Origin: Prochloraceae cyanobacterium PL24a_bin.78
GTDB taxonomy: Bacteria > Cyanobacteriota > Cyanobacteriia > Cyanobacteriales > JANQIW01
Assembly: GCA_028281945.1 (NCBI GenBank)
Contig: JANQIW010000037.1
Coordinates: 494-64,493 of the forward strand
Direction of reading: 5' to 3'
Length of the DNA: 64,000 nt
Below the pieces are notes generated by a model. That model ran no database searches. It had not been told where the DNA came from and saw only the letters and a program-made list of their open reading frames with translations. Positions 18,455 through 28,018 of the stretch are shown here, in pieces (within the stretch, counting starts at the first letter, position 1; the number at the start of each line of letters is the position of its first letter). The translations under genes were made by a program, and so were the position numbers.

Positions 18455-18707
18455 AATCTATATATGTTATTTTTAATTGTACTTATCCTATTTGGTAAGA
18501 TGAGATTTACCAGTATTTTTTCTCAGACTTTGGAAAATCTTAAGAAATTTTTAAGTTATTGCCCCATTAGTTATAATGGAGAATCGTTGTTGTTTAAACC
18601 ATTAATTTACTTTGAATTTTGATTTGGTTTTCCTTACTATATATTTTAACAAAATTGTCTTAAATTAAAGTTAAAACATTTAGATTTAGAAATTTCTATA
18701 GGATTTT

Positions 18708-19967
18708 ATGATAAACACTGGTATTATAATAATAATCATTGCACTTATTTCTGTATTATGGGCAGAGTTCATCAGGGATTTTTATCACACTTTATCCCAT
18801 TATTGGCAGCCATTATATAATTTGCATAATTGGCATCATCGGGTTTTTCGGCGAGATTTATCAGTCATTAACGAAACAATCTACCGTAAAGCTCATTGGT
18901 ATAACGATGTGCCAGAATCTTTAGTCATGTTGTTATTTAGTTTCTTTCTTGTAGGGTTGATGTATACTCTCAGTATATCATATTATTGGGTAGGATGGTT
19001 TGGTTCCTTGTATTGTTTAAGTTTTTCTATAACTGCAATGGCAAGGGGTTTAGGCATTCCCTCTGCTGATGAGTTGACAGATATTACCCATCGTCAAGGA
19101 GATTTTGAGAGTATTCCTTCAAATTGGTTTGTGAATCGATCTTATCATTGGCGACATCATTTTGATAATCAAAACGCTTATTTTTGTGGCACATTTACTT
19201 TGGTAGATAAAATTATGGGCACCGCTTTATCTTTAAAAAAGAAAAGAATTGGAGTTACTGGCGCATCGGGAAGTTTGGGGAAGGCTTTATTAAAAGAATT
19301 GTCTTTGAAGGGGGCAAAAGTAGTTGCTTTTACGTCTTCTTCTGAGGAAATTACTATCAATATTGATGGTAAAAATACACCGATAAAAACCATTTGTTGG
19401 AGTGTTGGATCGGAATCTAAATTGTTAGCAAATTTAGCAGAAATAGATATTTTAATTCTCAATCATGGTATTAATGTGCATGGTGAAAAAACTGACGATG
19501 CTATTAGAAAATCCTATGAAATCAATGCTTTTTCTAGTTGGAGATTGATGGAATTATTTTTAAAAAATATCTCTAGTAATGAAGATATTGTTAGAAAAGA
19601 AATTTGGGTAAATACTTCTGAAGCGGAAGTAAATCCTGCTTTTAGCCCTCTATATGAGTTAAGTAAACGTACCATGGGAGATTTAGTAACTCTACGGCGT
19701 TTGGATGCACCTATTATTATTAGAAAATTAATTTTAGGCCCTTTTAAAAGCAATCTCAATCCCATTGGTGTTATGTCTCCTGATTGGGTAGCAAAGCAGA
19801 TTGTGAATTTAGCAATTCGGGATTTTCGAGATATTATTGTGACAATTAATCCCATAACTTATCTAGCTTTTCCTGTTAAAGAGTTGTTGGTTTCTACTTA
19901 CTTTAAACTATTTACTAAAAATCAAAAAAATTTGCCCACAATTAAGGATTCCACCATTAATAATTAA
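18708..19967 (+). CDS. mgdE: fatty-acid-hydroxylase-like / SDR fusion protein, likely glucolipid epimerase
   Basis: The N-terminal part carries His boxes (HTLSHYW, HNWHHRVF, HWRHHF). The C-terminal part is a Rossmann domain (GVTGASGSLGKAL). This is the domain fusion described for MgdE. Confidence 0.55.
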   Translation: MINTGIIIIIIALISVLWAEFIRDFYHTLSHYWQPLYNLHNWHHRVFRRDLSVINETIYRKAHWYNDVPESLVMLLFSFFLVGLMYTLSISYYWVGWFGSLYCLSFSITAMARGLGIPSADELTDITHRQGDFESIPSNWFVNRSYHWRHHFDNQNAYFCGTFTLVDKIMGTALSLKKKRIGVTGASGSLGKALLKELSLKGAKVVAFTSSSEEITINIDGKNTPIKTICWSVGSESKLLANLAEIDILILNHGINVHGEKTDDAIRKSYEINAFSSWRLMELFLKNISSNEDIVRKEIWVNTSEAEVNPAFSPLYELSKRTMGDLVTLRRLDAPIIIRKLILGPFKSNLNPIGVMSPDWVAKQIVNLAIRDFRDIIVTINPITYLAFPVKELLVSTYFKLFTKNQKNLPTIKDSTINN

Positions 19968-20025
19968 CCATTTTCTATCAATAATTCACCCTAAATATCA
20001 ACCATTAACTATCAAGAATTTCCCC

Positions 20026-21120
20026 ATGCAACAAACCTCAAATCCTGTATTATATATAGCTATAACTAGCCATGGTTTTGGCCATGCCGTGCGTATTTGT
20101 TCGGTAGTAGAAGCAGTAAAAAAACTCTATCCTGAGATATTATTAGTATTAGTTACAACTGCGCCTCGTTGGTTATTAGAATCTTATATTCAAGCTGATT
20201 TTATCTATCGCCCTCGCACTTTTGATGTAGGAGTAATTCAAGCTGATAGTTTGAAAATGGATAAAGTTACTACTTTGGAAAAATTGCAGCATATCTATCA
20301 GAAACAAGATGCAATTATTGCTGGGGAAGTTAACTTTATTAAGACAAATGGTGTGGGTTTAATTTTGGCTGATATTCCTCCCTTGGCGACAAAAATTGCC
20401 GAAGCGGCAGGGATTCCTTGTTGGATGATGAGTAATTTTGGTTGGGATTTTATCTATCGAGATTGGGGTGAAGATTTTGAAAAAATTGCTGATTGGATTA
20501 GTAAATGTTATGGCAAATGTGAGCGTCTTTATCGTTTGCCGATGTCTGAAGAAATGAGTGCTTTTCCTAATATTATTGACGTGGGTTTAACAGGTGGAAA
20601 ACCTCATTATTCTGATGCAGAGTTAAGGGAGGATTTTAATCTTAATTCCCCAAAAGATAAAACTATTTTACTCACTTTTGGTGGCTTAGGTTTGAATGCA
20701 ATTCCTTATCAAAACCTTGAAAGTTTTCCTGATTGGCAATTTATTACTTTCGATGCTAATGCCCCAGATTTAGGCAATTTAGCGAAGATTACTAAGACTA
20801 ATTATCGCCCGGTGGATTTTATGCCTTTGTGCGATTTAGTGATTTCTAAACCTGGCTATAGTACTTTTGCTGAGGCTTTACGAATGGATGTGCCTATCAT
20901 TTCTCTTACTAGGGAAGGTTTTGCAGAAACGCCTTTATTATTATCAGGAATTAAGAAATTTGCTAAGCACAAAATTATTTCAACAGAGGAATTTTTTCAA
21001 GGTAATTGGAGTTTTTTAAATCAGGATTTAGAGATGCCAACTGATGATTTTTCTCTCTCTAAAAATGGCACGGAAGTTATTGCTAATGCTGTGGTTGATT
21101 ATTTTAAACATTTAACTTAA
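20026..21120 (+). CDS. GT-B fold glycosyltransferase-like protein (GT1/GT28-like)
   Basis: 364 aa. Has ITSHGFGHAVR at the N-terminus and KPGYSTFAEAL in the C-terminal half. Confidence 0.5.
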   Translation: MQQTSNPVLYIAITSHGFGHAVRICSVVEAVKKLYPEILLVLVTTAPRWLLESYIQADFIYRPRTFDVGVIQADSLKMDKVTTLEKLQHIYQKQDAIIAGEVNFIKTNGVGLILADIPPLATKIAEAAGIPCWMMSNFGWDFIYRDWGEDFEKIADWISKCYGKCERLYRLPMSEEMSAFPNIIDVGLTGGKPHYSDAELREDFNLNSPKDKTILLTFGGLGLNAIPYQNLESFPDWQFITFDANAPDLGNLAKITKTNYRPVDFMPLCDLVISKPGYSTFAEALRMDVPIISLTREGFAETPLLLSGIKKFAKHKIISTEEFFQGNWSFLNQDLEMPTDDFSLSKNGTEVIANAVVDYFKHLT

Positions 21121-21242
21121 AAGATTTTTAACTACAAAAAAAACCATCAAGAATTTAAATTGAAAACTGACTAAATCCATCAATCCAATTGTCTATTTTA
21201 AAACATAAAGCCAGATACTTTGTATCCAAGAAAAACTCTTTG

Positions 21243-21455
21243 TTATCTCTCATAAATTTTTCTAGTTAAAAAAGTTTTATCTTCAATTTCAAGAGGATTT
21301 TCCATCAATTTAGCAATAATACCTTTTACTTTATTTGAGGATTGAGAAGTAATTATTATTCCTGCTATTTCTGCATTTTTAATGGTGTTTAAATATTCTT
21401 GAGGTATTTCAATTTCCCTATTCTTGACTTGAGTCGTAAATTTAATTGTTGACAT
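21243..21455 (-). CDS. small antitoxin-like protein (orphan)
   Basis: 70 aa. The pattern ...IEIPQEYL...II.....LMENPL....FLTRKIYER resembles small cyanobacterial antitoxin-type proteins. No partner toxin ORF is adjacent. Confidence 0.35.
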   Translation of the reverse strand: MSTIKFTTQVKNREIEIPQEYLNTIKNAEIAGIIITSQSSNKVKGIIAKLMENPLEIEDKTFLTRKIYER

Positions 21456-21583
21456 TTTTCTTTGCTTAGATTTAGTTTAATCTTGATAAGATATTCTATG
21501 ATTATTCCGACAAAAAATATATTGATTAGAGTATGATTTAACCTTTAAATCTAAAGATTAATAACCAAAGTATTTATTGTCAA

Positions 21584-21612
21584 TTGTCAACATTGGATGT
21601 TTTTGTTATAAT
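21584..21612 (+). promoter_or_regulatory. candidate sigma70-type promoter for the YjbQ gene
   Basis: TTGTCA (21584-21589), a 17-nt spacer, then TATAAT (21607-21612), about 55 nt upstream of the ATG at 21667. Confidence 0.35.
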
Positions 21613-21666
21613 ATAAAGGCAAAGCAATTTCTTTAAAACTAGAAACAAATTATCTATAAAATTATT

Positions 21667-22086
21667 ATGAATCACTATCAACAAGCTATCAGAATTCAAA
21701 CTAATGGCAAATCTTTACACAAAATAACTCCAAAAGTAGAAAAAATTGTATCAGATGCTAATATTAAAACTGGTCTTTGTACAATTTTTGTTAGACATAC
21801 ATCTGCTAGTTTAGTAATACAAGAAAATGCTGACCCTAATGTACTTAAGGATTTATCTAATTTTTTCGCTAAACTTGTTCCAGAAGATTCTATCAGTTAT
21901 ATCCATGATGACGAAGGCCCTGATGATATGCCCGCTCATATTCGATCGGCATTAACTCACACTTCCGAACAAATTCCTATCAGTGGAGGGAGATTAGTAT
22001 TAGGCATATGGCAAGGAATTTATCTTTGGGAACATAGGCAACGTTCTCATCAACGAGAAATAGTAGTTCATGTAACTGGTACTTAA
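21667..22086 (+). CDS. YjbQ/UPF0047 family secondary thiamine-phosphate synthase
   Basis: FVRHTSASLVIQENADP, EGPDDMPAHIRS and LGIWQGIYLWEHR. Confidence 0.8.
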   Translation: MNHYQQAIRIQTNGKSLHKITPKVEKIVSDANIKTGLCTIFVRHTSASLVIQENADPNVLKDLSNFFAKLVPEDSISYIHDDEGPDDMPAHIRSALTHTSEQIPISGGRLVLGIWQGIYLWEHRQRSHQREIVVHVTGT

Positions 22087-22179
22087 AAATAATAAAAATT
22101 CTTCCTTTAAAAAAAATATATTTAGATAGCATATCCTAAAGAAAAAAAGTACATTGCAAAAGTATTTTGCCAAATTTCT

Positions 22180-23847
22180 TTATTCAGATTTAGATAAATT
22201 TTCACCAGATATCAAAGTATGAACTTCCCAACGAGAGAGAGTATTAGGAAAATCCTCACGAAAATGCCCACCTCTGCTTTCTTCACGAAAAGCCGCAGAC
22301 TTAAGAATCAAATAAGCAATATCGACAAGATTGATAGTTTCAGCATAAAATCTCAATCTTTCCTCCGCATTGGAAGCATGGAATTTAACCATATGGTTAG
22401 GAGATAAACGAGATAAATACTTACTCAATTCTAAACCTTGTAACTTATCTCGCCATAAACTAATCTTTTCAATTCCAGATTCTAATAGATATTTTTTTCT
22501 ACAAATTCCAGCGCAATCCCACATAACCACTGGCATTTCCTCACGAAGTAAGTGAATAAGATCTAGATCTTTATCCCAATTATCTTGGAATTCAATACAT
22601 TCTGGAATAGAATCATCTCCAGAAGAATGTTGCTGAATTTTAATCTTAGATAACTGAGAAGCAAACACCAAACATTCTAATAAAGAATTACTAGCCAAAC
22701 GATTAGCACCATGTACACCTGTACTAGCAGTTTCACCAATAGCATATAAACCCCGAATAGAGGTACGATTCAATAAATCTACCTTAATTCCACCCATCCA
22801 ATAATGAGCAGCAGGAGCCACTGGAATAGCTTCTTTGAATACATCAATCCCCCATTCCTTGCATTTTTGAATAATATTAGGAAAACGATAACGAATCTTT
22901 TCCTCTGGAATTACTCGTAAATCCAAATAAACCCTATCATCAAGACCTGAATTTTTTTGTAAATGATTAAAAATTGCCCGACTAACCACATCTCTAGGAG
23001 CAAGTTCACCCAAAGGATGATAATCAAAAGCAAAACGCTTACCATCCTTATCCACCAAATGAGCACCTTCACCCCTTACCGCCTCACTAATCAAAAAATG
23101 AGGAGCACCAGATTTCATTAAAGCAGTAGGATGAAACTGAAAAAACTCTAAATCCCTCAAAACCGCACCAGCGCGCCAAGCCAAAGCCACACCATCTCCG
23201 GTGCTAACAGTAGGATTAGTGGTTTTGGCAAAAACTTGTCCCCCTCCACCAGTAGCTAAAATCACTGCATTAGCCCTTACCCAAAAGATTTGATTATCAT
23301 ATAACAAACAAATACCACAACAATCACCAGTATTTGTATCCATCCACAAATTTAAAGCCAAAGCCTGTTGATATACTTGTATATGACTAAGACTTAAAAC
23401 CTTTGCTTTTAAAGTACTAACAATAGCCTTTCCCGTAGTATCAGCCGCATGAAGCACTCGATGCCGAGAATGAGCAGCTTCTAAAGTCATAGCCAACTTG
23501 TCATTATGACGATCGAAAGCCACCCCCATTTCCAAGAGAGAATGGATAGAAGCCGGGGCATTTTCCACCAAAAACCTTACCGCTTCAGCATCACAGATTC
23601 CGGCACCAGCTTTGATAGTATCCTCAAAATGTAGAGAAGGAGAATCATCAGGATCCATAGCAGCAGCAATACCACCTTGGGCCCAATCACTAGCACCTTT
23701 TTTCAATTTAGCCTTAGTTACCAAACCGATGGTTAAATTTTCAGGCAAACAAAGAGTAGCATATAAACCAGCAGCCCCGGAACCGACTACCAGGACATCA
23801 AAACTAGGGGGAATGGTTCTATTGGAGGGAGTTGGGGGGAAATTCAA
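22180..23847 (-). CDS. nadB: L-aspartate oxidase
   Basis: 555 aa. DVLVVGSGAAGL is the FAD motif. FHPT, RGEG and HGANRLASNSLLE are also present. Uses a TTG start. Confidence 0.9.
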   Translation of the reverse strand: MNFPPTPSNRTIPPSFDVLVVGSGAAGLYATLCLPENLTIGLVTKAKLKKGASDWAQGGIAAAMDPDDSPSLHFEDTIKAGAGICDAEAVRFLVENAPASIHSLLEMGVAFDRHNDKLAMTLEAAHSRHRVLHAADTTGKAIVSTLKAKVLSLSHIQVYQQALALNLWMDTNTGDCCGICLLYDNQIFWVRANAVILATGGGGQVFAKTTNPTVSTGDGVALAWRAGAVLRDLEFFQFHPTALMKSGAPHFLISEAVRGEGAHLVDKDGKRFAFDYHPLGELAPRDVVSRAIFNHLQKNSGLDDRVYLDLRVIPEEKIRYRFPNIIQKCKEWGIDVFKEAIPVAPAAHYWMGGIKVDLLNRTSIRGLYAIGETASTGVHGANRLASNSLLECLVFASQLSKIKIQQHSSGDDSIPECIEFQDNWDKDLDLIHLLREEMPVVMWDCAGICRKKYLLESGIEKISLWRDKLQGLELSKYLSRLSPNHMVKFHASNAEERLRFYAETINLVDIAYLILKSAAFREESRGGHFREDFPNTLSRWEVHTLISGENLSKSE

Positions 23848-24060
23848 CGGTTGTTCCTAATCTAATATAGTCTTTATACTTTAACACTTAATTATGGAAT
23901 TTGGCATCTTCTGCCTTTGATAGCTAATAACTGATGACATACATCACAATTGCTCAAAAAATTCAACAATTAACAAAAAATAGTAAGATATATAGCACCA
24001 TTGTTGATTGTCAATAGTACAAAAATCAATAACATTTGCCCTGGCAAACCTTATATCGTT

Positions 24061-24180
24061 TTTCTTTAACTATGATAGACACCCTCGCGGGAGAATGGGA
24101 GAATGGGGGAATGGGAGAATAAATTTTGGTTAATTATCCTAGATTTAAGATTTTTACACTCTATCATGCTTAAAGAGAAA
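24061..24180 (+). repeat. MITE-like dispersed element, copy E (compact archetype)
   Basis: The left end tctttaactatgatagac matches the reverse complement of the right end (tctttaagcatgatagag). The core is gggagaatgggagaatgggggaatgggagaat. The internal block is aataaattttggttaattatcctagatttaag. Confidence 0.75.
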
Positions 24181-24233
24181 TTGATATTAGAGTAATAATT
24201 TACAGTAATAATTTAAAGTAATAATACAAATCG

Positions 24234-25418
24234 ATGAGTTTAAATTGGATTAACCGAGCCGAACGTATCAAAACCTTACCACCCTATGTATTTGCCCGTC
24301 TAGACGAGCTTAAAGCAGGTGCGAGAAAACAAGGAGTAGATTTAATCGATTTAGGGATGGGAAATCCCGATGGAAGTGCCCCACAACCTGTGATAGACGC
24401 AGCCATTGCCGCCTTATCTAACCCCGATAATCATGGATATCCACCTTTTGAAGGCACAAGTAGTTTTCGCACTAGCATTACCGATTGGTATGAAACTTCT
24501 TACCATGTGAAATTGGATCCAGATAGTGAAGCTTTACCCCTAATTGGTTCCAAAGAAGGATTAGGTCATCTTGCCTTAACTTATATTAACCCCGGAGATG
24601 TCATTCTTGTACCAAGTCCTGCCTATCCTGCCCATTTTCGCGGCCCTTTAATTGCCGGTGCCGAAATTTACGAACTCATGCTCAAACCTGAGAATAACTG
24701 GTTAATCGATTTACAAGCCATTCCCTCTGAAGTTGCCCGCAAAGCCAAAATCCTTTATTTTAATTACCCCAATAATCCTACCACCGCTACCGCCCCTAGG
24801 GAATTTTTTGAAGAGATTGTTGAGTTTGCCCGTCATTACGAGATTATGTTGGTACATGATTTGTGTTATGCAGAGTTGGCTTTTGATGGTTATCAACCTA
24901 CGAGTTTATTAGAGATTCCAGGGGCGAAAGATTTTAGTGTGGAATTCCATACTCTCTCGAAAACCTATAATATGGCTGGTTGGCGTGTTGGGTTTGTGGT
25001 GGGTTCTAGTGAAATTATTCAAGGGTTACGTACTTTAAAAACTAATCTGGATTATGGGATCTTTGCAGTAATTCAAAAAGCGGCTGAAACTGCTTTACAA
25101 TTGCCCAATAGTTATATTGAAGAGGTTCAACAGCGTTATCAGGTTAGACGAGATTTTTTGATTAAGGGTTTAGCTGAGCTGGGATGGGATATTGTTCCTT
25201 CAAAGGCGACTATGTATTTATGGGTGCCAACTCCTACGGGAATTAATTCTACTGATTTTGCTCTTTCTGTTTTACAGCAAACTGGGGTTGTTGTTACTCC
25301 CGGTGTGGCTTTTGGTAATGGTGGTGAGGGTTATGTGAGGATTAGTATGATTGCTGATTGCGATCGTTTGGGTGAGGCTTTGGCTCGTTTTAAAAAGGCT
25401 GGTATTGTTTTTCAGTAA
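24234..25418 (+). CDS. class I/II PLP-dependent aminotransferase (AlaA/DapL-like)
   Basis: 394 aa. LPPYVFARLDELK, GMGNPD, NYPNNPT and SKTYNMAGWRVG (PLP lysine). Confidence 0.8.
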   Translation: MSLNWINRAERIKTLPPYVFARLDELKAGARKQGVDLIDLGMGNPDGSAPQPVIDAAIAALSNPDNHGYPPFEGTSSFRTSITDWYETSYHVKLDPDSEALPLIGSKEGLGHLALTYINPGDVILVPSPAYPAHFRGPLIAGAEIYELMLKPENNWLIDLQAIPSEVARKAKILYFNYPNNPTTATAPREFFEEIVEFARHYEIMLVHDLCYAELAFDGYQPTSLLEIPGAKDFSVEFHTLSKTYNMAGWRVGFVVGSSEIIQGLRTLKTNLDYGIFAVIQKAAETALQLPNSYIEEVQQRYQVRRDFLIKGLAELGWDIVPSKATMYLWVPTPTGINSTDFALSVLQQTGVVVTPGVAFGNGGEGYVRISMIADCDRLGEALARFKKAGIVFQ

Positions 25419-25424
25419 TGCTTT

Positions 25425-25473
25425 CCCGCGCTTTTATCATTGTGATTTCTCATGGGTAGGCGTGGGGTTTTTT
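25425..25473 (+). terminator. possible terminator after the aminotransferase gene
   Basis: cccgcgc (25425-31) pairs with gcgtggg (25460-66) including one G-U pair. It is followed by tttttt (25468-73). The loop is long. Confidence 0.35.
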
Positions 25474-25483
25474 ATAATAAGAA

Positions 25484-25888
25484 TTAATTTCTCCAGTTTT
25501 CGATCGTCAACCCATCAATCCTTTGAAATTCACGAACATTACTAGTAACAAGAATTAAGTTATGAACTAATGCCGTTGCACCAATTAGGAGATCATATGC
25601 TCCGATAGGAGTTCCCGCCTGTTTTAAATCACTACGAATCCTAGCTGCATATGCTGCTTCTTCATTTCCAAAAGGAATTTGAATTATTTGAGATAACAGT
25701 TTATTAATACTAGGCTCTATTTTTCCTGCTTTAGCTGGCTTAAGATTTAGACCAAATTTTATTTCCATTATTGTTATGGTTGATACAGCCAAATTCAAAG
25801 GATTAAAGGATTTAAAGTTAATAATAGTATTAGGATCACTTTCAACTATATCACTGATAGCACAAGTATCAAGCAAATATTCAACCAC
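25484..25888 (-). CDS. vapC: type II toxin VapC (PIN domain)
   Basis: 134 aa. The YLLDTCAIS start, TIMEI, and the DLLIGATAL...LVTSNVREF PIN acidic-residue pattern are present. The GTG start overlaps the antitoxin stop (TAGTG). Confidence 0.8.
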   Translation of the reverse strand: MVEYLLDTCAISDIVESDPNTIINFKSFNPLNLAVSTITIMEIKFGLNLKPAKAGKIEPSINKLLSQIIQIPFGNEEAAYAARIRSDLKQAGTPIGAYDLLIGATALVHNLILVTSNVREFQRIDGLTIENWRN

Positions 25889-26241
25889 TAAAATACGCCC
25901 TCAGAAGAAGGAGGAATAAGATCATCACGATAGGATTCAAAACGAAGATCTTCTTTCATTTCCCTAAATTCATTAATGGTTTCTAACCAATAAGCCCTTT
26001 TTTCCTCATCTATTTCAGATTCTACTCCATTAAAATTTAAGAATTCTTCTGACCACTTACTGTTCTTTTTATTGTTACTTTCATTTTTAAATCCTTCCTC
26101 CTCTAAATTATTTCCCAATTTTTCTTCAACCAACGATCGAACTGCTTCTTTCACTAAATATTCTTTAGATTTACCACTTTCAAGAGCAATTTTTTCCAAT
26201 TTATTAACTAGGGTATCTTCAAGATCGATATTTATTATCAT
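25888..26241 (-). CDS. ribbon-helix-helix-type antitoxin (VapB-like)
   Basis: 117 aa. IDLEDTLVNKLEKIALESGKSKEYLVKEAVRSLVEE is RHH-like. The gene overlaps vapC by 1 nt. Confidence 0.65.
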   Translation of the reverse strand: MIINIDLEDTLVNKLEKIALESGKSKEYLVKEAVRSLVEEKLGNNLEEEGFKNESNNKKNSKWSEEFLNFNGVESEIDEEKRAYWLETINEFREMKEDLRFESYRDDLIPPSSEGVF

Positions 26242-26369
26242 ATTCCCCCCTGAAATAACTTTTTTTCACATTATTAATTATAACATATTTTCTCCTATAA
26301 AATCCTTCCTCAAGGGAAACTTTATCCTCTGAGAAAGAAAAGAAATATTATTTAGACAATCAATAATCA

Positions 26370-26624
26370 TCAACTTTTAGGAAACTTAAGTCGAATTTTC
26401 TTAGCAAATTGCCAACATTTAGCACAAGAAATTAGATTACTAAAACAAATAACACAAATCCAACTAAGCTTACCAGAAATTAATAAAATACCACCGAATA
26501 AACTAAAACCAAAAGATATAGCTGTTGCTGCTAAGGCAAGATTAAAGCTTAAACGAATTTGACGAAGATATTCTTGAGCAAATTCTAATTTAATTTTTGA
26601 GTCTAAATTTTTGTTATTTTCCAT
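26370..26624 (-). CDS. small two-TM membrane protein
   Basis: 84 aa with two hydrophobic helices (LALAATAISFGFSLFGGILLI and WICVICFSNLISCA). It lies upstream of vapBC on the same strand and diverges from the pentapeptide array. Confidence 0.5.
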   Translation of the reverse strand: MENNKNLDSKIKLEFAQEYLRQIRLSFNLALAATAISFGFSLFGGILLISGKLSWICVICFSNLISCAKCWQFAKKIRLKFPKS

Positions 26625-26808
26625 CGTTTAATTCTTGAATGTTTTATTACAATTTAATTATCATCTACAATATTTATCAAATAGACTATGTCAAGAATTT
26701 GTTGCGATCGATGTTTGCTTCTCTTGTGCTTTTCTTCTGATTGGGATGAGAATAAACTCCAATTTTAAGATTTAATAGAAATTAAATAACCTAATTTAAA
26801 ACAAATAA

Positions 26809-27759
26809 ATGGGGAGAATAACTTACATTGCTACTGAAAAAGGCATAGAAAAAGCAGAAAAAGCACTAGAAAGACTGGGTTTTGGATCAAAACAAAATTT
26901 TGCCAAATGTATATATGTATCGAGATCAAGTGTTACACATTTTTTTAATCGTTCAAAAGGGCTTCAATTAGATACCTTTGAGAGAATATGCGAAGAACTA
27001 ATGCTAAATTGGAAAGAAATAGCAGGAATAGAAGAAGATCAAGAATCTTTTTCATCAAAAAAAAGCAATGCTAGTAGTTTAATTGTTAAAGAAAATATCG
27101 AACAAGAAAGACAATCAAGCCGTGAAATAAAGGTATTAGATACAAATAATCAAAAAATTAAAGCAGTTATAACCTTACAGGGGAATCTTGATTCTGTTGA
27201 AAATAAACAAATTTTTGAGACTATCTTAAAACAATACTCAGGAGATACTATCCAAATTAATGATATTAAAGAAGGAAGTATTAAGCTACACATAGAAGGT
27301 TCTCAAGAAGATATTCAAAAACTAGTATCTCTTATTAAAAATGGTGAATTAAAAGAATTAAATAGTTTTCCTATTGAAAATATTCAAATCAATAAATGGG
27401 ATTTAGTAAAACGTATTATTGATAAAAACCTATCTTTGATTGAAAAACGCTCCTTACAAGGTGTTGATCTCAGTGATGCCGATCTCAGTGGTGCCCATCT
27501 CACAGCTGCCCATCTCAGTGGTGCCCATCTCAATTTTTCCGATCTCAGTGGTGCCCATCTCATAGGTGCCAATCTCAGTTTTTCTAATCTTATAGATGCC
27601 GACCTTAGAGATGCTGATCTTAGAGATGCCGAGGTATTAGAAACTCGTTTTGGCAATAATTTAGGTATGACACAATCTTTAAAAGAGGATTTAATTTCAC
27701 GTGGAGCAATTTTTGGAGAAGAGGATTACTCTAAGAAAAAAATTCTTACACCTATTTAG
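26809..27759 (+). CDS. HTH-like head + alpha/beta middle module + pentapeptide-repeat protein (paralog 1, ~12 pentads)
   Basis: 316 aa. The N-terminus GIEKAEKALERLGFGSKQNFAK...SSVTHFFNRSKGLQLDTFERICEELMLNWKEIAG is shared with the two downstream genes. The repeat region is DLSDADLSGAHLTAAHLSGAHL... and the tail is RFGNNLGMTQSLKEDLISRGAIF. Confidence 0.85.
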   Translation: MGRITYIATEKGIEKAEKALERLGFGSKQNFAKCIYVSRSSVTHFFNRSKGLQLDTFERICEELMLNWKEIAGIEEDQESFSSKKSNASSLIVKENIEQERQSSREIKVLDTNNQKIKAVITLQGNLDSVENKQIFETILKQYSGDTIQINDIKEGSIKLHIEGSQEDIQKLVSLIKNGELKELNSFPIENIQINKWDLVKRIIDKNLSLIEKRSLQGVDLSDADLSGAHLTAAHLSGAHLNFSDLSGAHLIGANLSFSNLIDADLRDADLRDAEVLETRFGNNLGMTQSLKEDLISRGAIFGEEDYSKKKILTPI

Positions 27760-28018
27760 GCATTAATCAAACAAAACGAACCTCTCAAACAAGCATAGGA
27801 TTCCCCAAAGAAACCAACCTATGCTTAACCCTAACCCAAACCCCAGAGATAACCGAGAGAAAAATAAGGTATAATAGAAGAATAAAGTCAATGGAAAATC
27901 GAACAACACAAAAGATTAGAAAATAGACTTAATAAAACCCCGACGAGAATGTGGTATTTTTAGCATAAAAGCCGCCCAAACTGCTTTAAACTAACCATTA
28001 GAAACAAGAGGGTAAAAA

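Noticed and set aside
21121-21242. A possible truncated PIN toxin remnant (VFLGYKVSGFMF*) just downstream of the 70-aa antitoxin-like gene.
   Set aside because: The resemblance to a VapC N-terminus (FLDT..L) covers only a few residues over 13 codons. That is not distinguishable from chance.
27384-27656. A 90-aa minus-strand ORF (LRSASLRSAS...) inside pentapeptide paralog 1. Similar antisense ORFs lie at 28855-29127, 29239-29433, 30346-30744 and 30566-30820.
   Set aside because: These are mirror-image or offset frames of the A(D/N)LxX coding repeats. The periodic codon structure keeps the reverse frames open. The sense frames carry the conserved domains and proper starts.
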